Assembly: GCF_009914755.1 (NCBI RefSeq)
Contig: NC_060945.1
Direction: 5' to 3' (one strand)
Length of the DNA: 64,000 nt
Source: the human T2T-CHM13v2.0 reference genome, Homo sapiens
The notes under the pieces are model-generated. The model searched no databases. It was not told the origin of the DNA and was given only the letters and a program-made list of their open reading frames with translations. This document shows, piece after piece, positions 60,816 to 64,000 of the stretch (position 1 is the first letter of the stretch; the number at the start of each line of letters is the position of its first letter). Position numbers and translations under genes: made by a program.

Positions 60816-62486
60816 CTGAAAAGCAAAAGGGATACATAATCACTCATATGTACACATGATAAATTTATCCATACATCATGCATTGTTATTATCAAGCTGT
60901 ATCTTCCTGCCTGCACTAGTGTAGGCTTTGATGTTTCCTACTTTTTGTCTGGAGACTGGAACACGACAGAAATACACTGAAAAAAAAGGAATACAGGCTT
61001 CACAAAATATACCCTTACAATTTCAAACATGGTATGATTCGTGATATGTCTAAAACTAAAATAAAACCGTGTCAATATCAATGTGGACATGCTGAGTGAT
61101 GAGGACAAATCAGAGGAGTAACTCACACACCTGAGAATCAATGTCAAAGCAGGTGGTACATGACCCAGTATGTCTTCCTTGCAAGAAATTAGAAGGATTT
61201 ACACCATTATACTACAAACGTTCATCGTGCCCTTTAACTTGACCAATAAGTAGAACATACACAATTACAATGACAATTCAGTTAAATGTACATTTCATGT
61301 CTCTTCAGTGGAAGTGTCCTAAGTTGATCACCTTGGACATATGTTTCCTGAAACCTAGTAGATAATATTCATTATTTCTCACACCCATGTGGTGTAATAA
61401 TTTGCCTAAGTTTCTTGTATCCACTAGCTTAGCCTTCTGAAAGTTTCTTCATCCACTCATGGCACCAAAGGATAATATATTAGCCTCAATAAAAATATCA
61501 TCAATTACCGATGTTAACATACTTCTACAAAGTAAAACTGCTACAAGCATTAGATATTGATAAGTTTTACACTCAGAAATCACCCCAGTATTCATTGAAA
61601 ATGACCACTTTAGGAGTTAATTAGAATTCAACATCATTTTTGTTTCTAAAATAGCCTTGTTGGGATTATCATGTTATTCTCTAAAGAAGTTTTGTGAAAT
61701 AGCTATTTTATCCAAGAGGTAGCTCCTTGAACAAGGAAGCCAATGTATTCATATGCAAGTTTATCTCATTTTTATAATTAAAATCAACAAAACATGTATC
61801 TCTGATGCCTAATAGTAACAAAGAGGAGTAATGAGTCACTGTGGTTTATCCCGATTCTAGCATTGTTTCCTGCTTCCAGTATTTCTTGGAGCAGCCAAAA
61901 TCAAATCTTCTTTAATGCAAATATTCCAAATGCATCTGAAATGAGTTCACTCAGGTTTCCTCAGCAGAAACCCCAAAATTACATAAATACTGTCTTCTTT
62001 TTCCTCCTTCCTGTCTCACAATCCCTCTTCCTTGAGGAAAATAATTGCTCCATCAGTGGTCTTCTTAGTTCTCATTCTACAGTGTTTGTGGAGTTATTCA
62101 GATCACTTGTCCCTCTGTTTATAACAATACGATATGATGCCTATAATATCTATTACTTCATCTCGTTCTCTTTCCCCTCTTGATGGAAACATGCTGTAGA
62201 ATTAAAGCAAAATTATGCTGCTCCCTTAGCCTGGTATGTGTTGAACTGCTCTCCAATGGTTCTTCTTCCCAATTTCAATGTAGGGAAGTCTATAATCTTA
62301 CTACTCAGATCATGGCCAAGGACCAGCAGCATCAGGGTCACCTGAGAACTCACTACAAATGAACAATCTCAGGCATACTGAATCAGAACGTGCAGCTTAG
62401 ATGAACTCTCCACTGATTTATTTGGAGAAGGGACGTTCTCTTCTATCTTGATTGAACGTGACATTAGATGTGTTTTGCAAAATTAC

Positions 62487-62559
62487 CTGTCCCAGATATT
62501 GGTCCCCCCTTTATTTCTGTGGCTGTATTTGAAACAGAATATTTCTCATTACTTGTAGC
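62487..62559 (-). pseudogene. ANKRD36: 73-bp array exon (ATSNEKYSVSNTATEIKGGPISGT)
   Basis: ttcag|GCTACAAGT...GGGACAG|gtaatt. Confidence 0.9.
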
Positions 62560-62650
62560 CTGAATGGGATTTGAAAACAAAATAATACGTAAAGTAGGTT
62601 TCATAGACTATACAGTTAATAGTTCAACAGATAAATGAGACTTTAATTAC

Positions 62651-62679
62651 CTTCTCAGCTGGTTGTTTCTGAGAAGACA
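62651..62679 (-). pseudogene. ANKRD36: 29-bp array exon (SSQKQPAEK)
   Basis: Identical to 60787-60815, AG/GT intact. Confidence 0.9.
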
Positions 62680-64000
62680 CTGAAAAGCAAAAGGGTTACA
62701 TAATCAATCATATGTAAATATGATAATGTTATCCATACATTAATGCATGGATAGCATGTTAGCATCAAGTTTTATACTCCTGCCTGTATTACTGTAGGCT
62801 TTGATATTTTATACTTTGTTTCTTGGGACTAAACATGAAGGAAATACACTGAAGAAAATAGGAATACAGGCTTCAAGAAATATATACTGACAATTTCAAA
62901 TGTGATATAACTTTCTCCATATGTCTAAAACTAAAATAAAGCCATGTCAATATCAATGTGGATATGCTGAGTGTTGAGGACAAATGTGATCTAAAATCAG
63001 AGTCCAAATCATACACCTGGGAATCAACGTCAAAGCAGGTGATACATGCACCCGCGTGTCTTTCATGCAAGATATCAGAATGATTTGGAACATTTTACTG
63101 CAAACATTCATCATGTTCTTTAACTTGATCAATCAGTGAGAAGGTACACAATTATAATGACACTTTAGTTGAATGTACACTTCACATCACTTCAGTGGAA
63201 GTGTCCTAACTTAATCAGCTTGGATATATGTTTGGTGAATTATAGTATGTAATGTTCATTATTTCTCATACCCATATGGTGTAATAATGTGTCTACATCT
63301 CTTGCATCTTCTAGTTTAGCCTTCCGAAATCTTCATCCACTCATGGCAACAAGGTATAATGTATAAACTTCATCAAAAAGTATAATAAATTACCAAATTT
63401 GACATACTTATACAAAATAAAATTGCTACAAGCATTAGATATGAATAAGCTTTTACATCTGGAAATCACGCCAATATTCCTTGAAAATAACCATTTGGGA
63501 GTCAAGTAATGAATTCAACATTATTTTCACTTCTAAAATAGTCTGGTTAAATTATCATGTTATTCTCTAGAGAATTTTTATTAAGTTGCTATTTTATCCA
63601 ATAGCTCCTTGAAAAACAAAGCCAATGTATGCATATTCACGTTTATCTCATTTGAATAACCAATATCAACAAAACATATACCTCTGGTGCCCAATAGTAA
63701 CAAAGAGGAATAATGAGTCACTGTGGTTTATCCCAATTCTATCACTGTTTCCTGCTTCCAGTAGTTCCTGGAACAGCCAAAAATCAAATAATCCTTTATG
63801 CAAATATTCTGAATGCATCTGAAGTGAGTTCACTTAATCTAAGAGTTATAATTTAAAAAATCATTTTGTTTATGCTCATGAAGACTCCTGATGTTTTTAC
63901 ATTTCCTGGATTCAGCAGTTCGGCCTTCTCACCGTCTCTTCGTCCACTTTTGCAAAAACATACACATCAGTGAAATAATGTGTAATCAGATTCCTATGAA

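Overview
Primate (human-like), AT-rich, repeat-dense genomic DNA with no intact protein-coding gene. It reads as a segmental-duplication mosaic of two unprocessed pseudogenes facing tail to tail. (1) On the + strand, ~1-45,500 is a partial copy of KMT2C/MLL3, the duplicon class that gave rise to the BAGE/KMT2CP loci. Exons 7, 8, 9 and 14-18 are present, two splice acceptors are dead, there are three nonsense codons, and an internal deletion removes exons 10-12 and most of exon 13. (2) On the - strand, ~46,660-64,000 is the 3' half of an ANKRD36-family gene, with seven coiled-coil/terminal exons and only ~2.2 units of the ~1.87-kb exon-pair tandem array. The most unusual local structure is a 5'-truncated L1PA2-like element inserted inside an ANKRD36 array exon. 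It has a 9-bp target-site duplication, a ~74-bp 3' transduction, and an in-frame ANKRD36-ORF2p fusion. Also notable are a 34-bp non-Alu inverted repeat in KMT2C intron 14 and several deletion or duplicon junctions readable at near base-pair level. Exon numbering, protein comparisons and repeat family names come from my recollection of the human references, not from a database search. I see no evidence for a wholly new biological system.
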